This document shows positions 62,304 to 64,000 of a stretch of DNA of 64,000 nt, one piece after another. Each line of letters opens with the position of its first letter. The first letter of the stretch is position 1. This stretch comes from an uncultured delta proteobacterium. GTDB lineage: Bacteria; Myxococcota_A; Polyangia; Fen-1088. The translations under genes and the position numbers were made by a program. The stretch lies in NCBI GenBank assembly GCA_963796685.1, contig CAWCMR010000006.1:32001-96000 (forward strand), given 5' to 3'. Under the pieces are notes generated by a model, which did no database searches, was not told the origin of the DNA, and was given only the letters and a program-made list of their open reading frames with translations.

Positions 62304-63680
62304 ATGCGTGTTTCGTTGGCAGCAATGACATTGAGCCTGTCGCTCGCTTCGGCGAGCGGATGCAACAAGACCGAGGAGGCGAAACCGGCTGCCATGGAGC
62401 CGGCCAAGCCCGCGGCACCGGCACCGGCACCGGCCGCCGTCGCGGATACCGGACCCATCAAGGTCGGCATCCTTCACTCGCTTTCCGGAACCATGGCCAT
62501 CAGCGAGACCTCTCTCAAGGATGTCGCCTTGATGGCCTTGGAGGAGATCAACGCCTCGGGCGGGTTGCTCGGTCGCAAGATCGAGCCGGTGGTGGTGGAT
62601 CCGGCTTCGAACTGGCCGCTGTTCGCGGAGAAGGCGCGTGACCTGCTTCAGAATCAGAAGGTGGCGGTGGTCTTCGGGTGCTGGACCTCGGTGTCGCGCA
62701 AGTCGGTCTTGCCCGTGTTCGAGGAATTGAACGGCCTTCTCTTCTATCCCGTGCAATACGAGGGCGAGGAGTCGTCGTTCAACGTCTTTTACACCGGCGC
62801 CGCGCCCAACCAGCAAGCCATACCCGCGGTGGAATACCTCATGAGCAAGAAGGGGGGCGGGGCGAAGCGCTGGGTGTTGCTCGGCACGGACTACGTCTAT
62901 CCCCGCACCACGAACAAGATCCTGCGCTACTTCCTGCATTCGAAGGGCGTGTCGGACGACGACATCATGGAGAAGTACACGCCCTTTTCCCACAACGACT
63001 ACCAGACCATCGTCGCCGACATAAAGAAGTTCGCGGCGGGCAAGCGCACCGCGGTGGTCTCGACGATCAACGGCGACTCCAACGTCCCCTTCTACAAAGA
63101 GTTGGTCAACCAAGGGATCAAGGCGGAAGACATCCCGGTGGTGGCGTTCTCCGTCGGGGAAGAGGAGCTGCGCGGCATCGACACCAAGCCGTTGGTTGGA
63201 CAGCTGGCGGCGTGGAACTACTTCATGTCTCTCGACAACCCCGAGAACAAGGCCTTCATCGCGAAGTGGAAAGCCTACGTGAAGAAGAACAACCTGCCGG
63301 GTGGCGACAAGCGGGTGACCAACGATCCGATGGAAGCCACGTACATCGGCATCCAGATGTGGGCCCATGCCGTGGAACAGGCGAAGACCACGCAGGTGGA
63401 TGCCGTCCGCCAGGCCATGGGTTACCAAAAGGTCAAAGCGCCGGACGGTTTCGAGATCGAAATGGACGCCAAGAACCACCATTTGCATAAGCCGGTGTTC
63501 ATTGGCGAAGTAAAGGCCGATGGTCAATTCCACGTGGTGTGGAAGACCGACGGGCCGATCCGAGCCCAGGCCTGGAGTCCGTACATTCCGGACGATGCCA
63601 AGAAGGTTGCCGATTGGACTTACCCCTGGGTTTGCGGCAATTGCACGGAGCCGAAGTACGCAGCTACGGCGGGACTCTAG
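62304..63680 (+). CDS. urtA: urea ABC transporter substrate-binding protein
   Basis: IKVGILHSLSGTMAISE, FGCWTSVSRK, YPVQYEGEE, STINGDSN. Confidence 0.93.
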   Translation: MRVSLAAMTLSLSLASASGCNKTEEAKPAAMEPAKPAAPAPAPAAVADTGPIKVGILHSLSGTMAISETSLKDVALMALEEINASGGLLGRKIEPVVVDPASNWPLFAEKARDLLQNQKVAVVFGCWTSVSRKSVLPVFEELNGLLFYPVQYEGEESSFNVFYTGAAPNQQAIPAVEYLMSKKGGGAKRWVLLGTDYVYPRTTNKILRYFLHSKGVSDDDIMEKYTPFSHNDYQTIVADIKKFAAGKRTAVVSTINGDSNVPFYKELVNQGIKAEDIPVVAFSVGEEELRGIDTKPLVGQLAAWNYFMSLDNPENKAFIAKWKAYVKKNNLPGGDKRVTNDPMEATYIGIQMWAHAVEQAKTTQVDAVRQAMGYQKVKAPDGFEIEMDAKNHHLHKPVFIGEVKADGQFHVVWKTDGPIRAQAWSPYIPDDAKKVADWTYPWVCGNCTEPKYAATAGL

Positions 63681-64000
63681 GTGTGGAGTAGCAGGATAGA
63701 ACTGCCGCTGCGGGCTCGACGCCGGGAGCCTATTCCCGGCGTCGCGTCCCCACGCTGCGCTCGTCGCACCTGGCAAGCGCTGATTGTCATGGTTGCGCTG
63801 ACCTTCACCGCCGAAGCAAGGGCGGCCGAATCGTTGGCGGACACGCTTCGTGGCCTGGCCTCCGACGACGTGGACGCGGTCGGACACACCCTGGACCTGC
63901 TGGCCGGCCGCGGGGATGCCACCGTCGTTCCCGCCATCGAGGCCTTGTGTGACGACCGGCTTCGGGTGGGGGCGAATGGCACGGTCTACTTGAACGCACC
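63681..64000 (+). CDS. urtB: probable urea ABC permease N-terminus (partial)
   Basis: Open frame directly after urtA with a signal-like segment and helical periplasmic domain; call rests on context. Confidence 0.55.
   Translation, partial: MWSSRIELPLRARRREPIPGVASPRCARRTWQALIVMVALTFTAEARAAESLADTLRGLASDDVDAVGHTLDLLAGRGDATVVPAIEALCDDRLRVGANGTVYLNA

Overview
High-GC bacterial window; the gene content suggests Myxococcota/Deltaproteobacteria (inference). The main accessory feature is a ~14.3 kb integrated element (6022-20391) bounded by a 68-bp direct repeat containing the 3' part of tRNA-Leu(CAA). All of its own genes lie on the + strand: HTH/excisionase, a Toprim primase fused to a DnaB-type helicase, an iteron-like origin, a terminase-small-subunit-like gene, many small orphan ORFs, an RHH regulator and a tyrosine integrase. 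It has no recognisable capsid, portal, large terminase or tail genes, but carries a single, internally shortened baseplate-J-like gene. An ISL3 element interrupts that gene, and the IS end supplies a new in-frame ATG. This resembles an unclassified phage satellite and is the best candidate for a novel system. A DUF4258/MqsA-like toxin-antitoxin pair lies just outside the left att. The rest is mostly chromosomal: acyP, GH5, GH3, tolQRAB-ppx-DHH, speA, aroC, a carboxyltransferase, an ECF-ZAS/rhodanese/thioredoxin module, thiM and myxobacterial secreted proteins. The window ends with a divergent nitrogen-scavenging cluster (biuH-cupin-ureD-ureAB-ureC-ureE-ureF-ureG versus atzF-porin-urtA-urtB). 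Several MITE/REP-like repeats are present, and seven +1 frameshifts are probably sequencing errors. All family calls come from motif recognition, not database searches.
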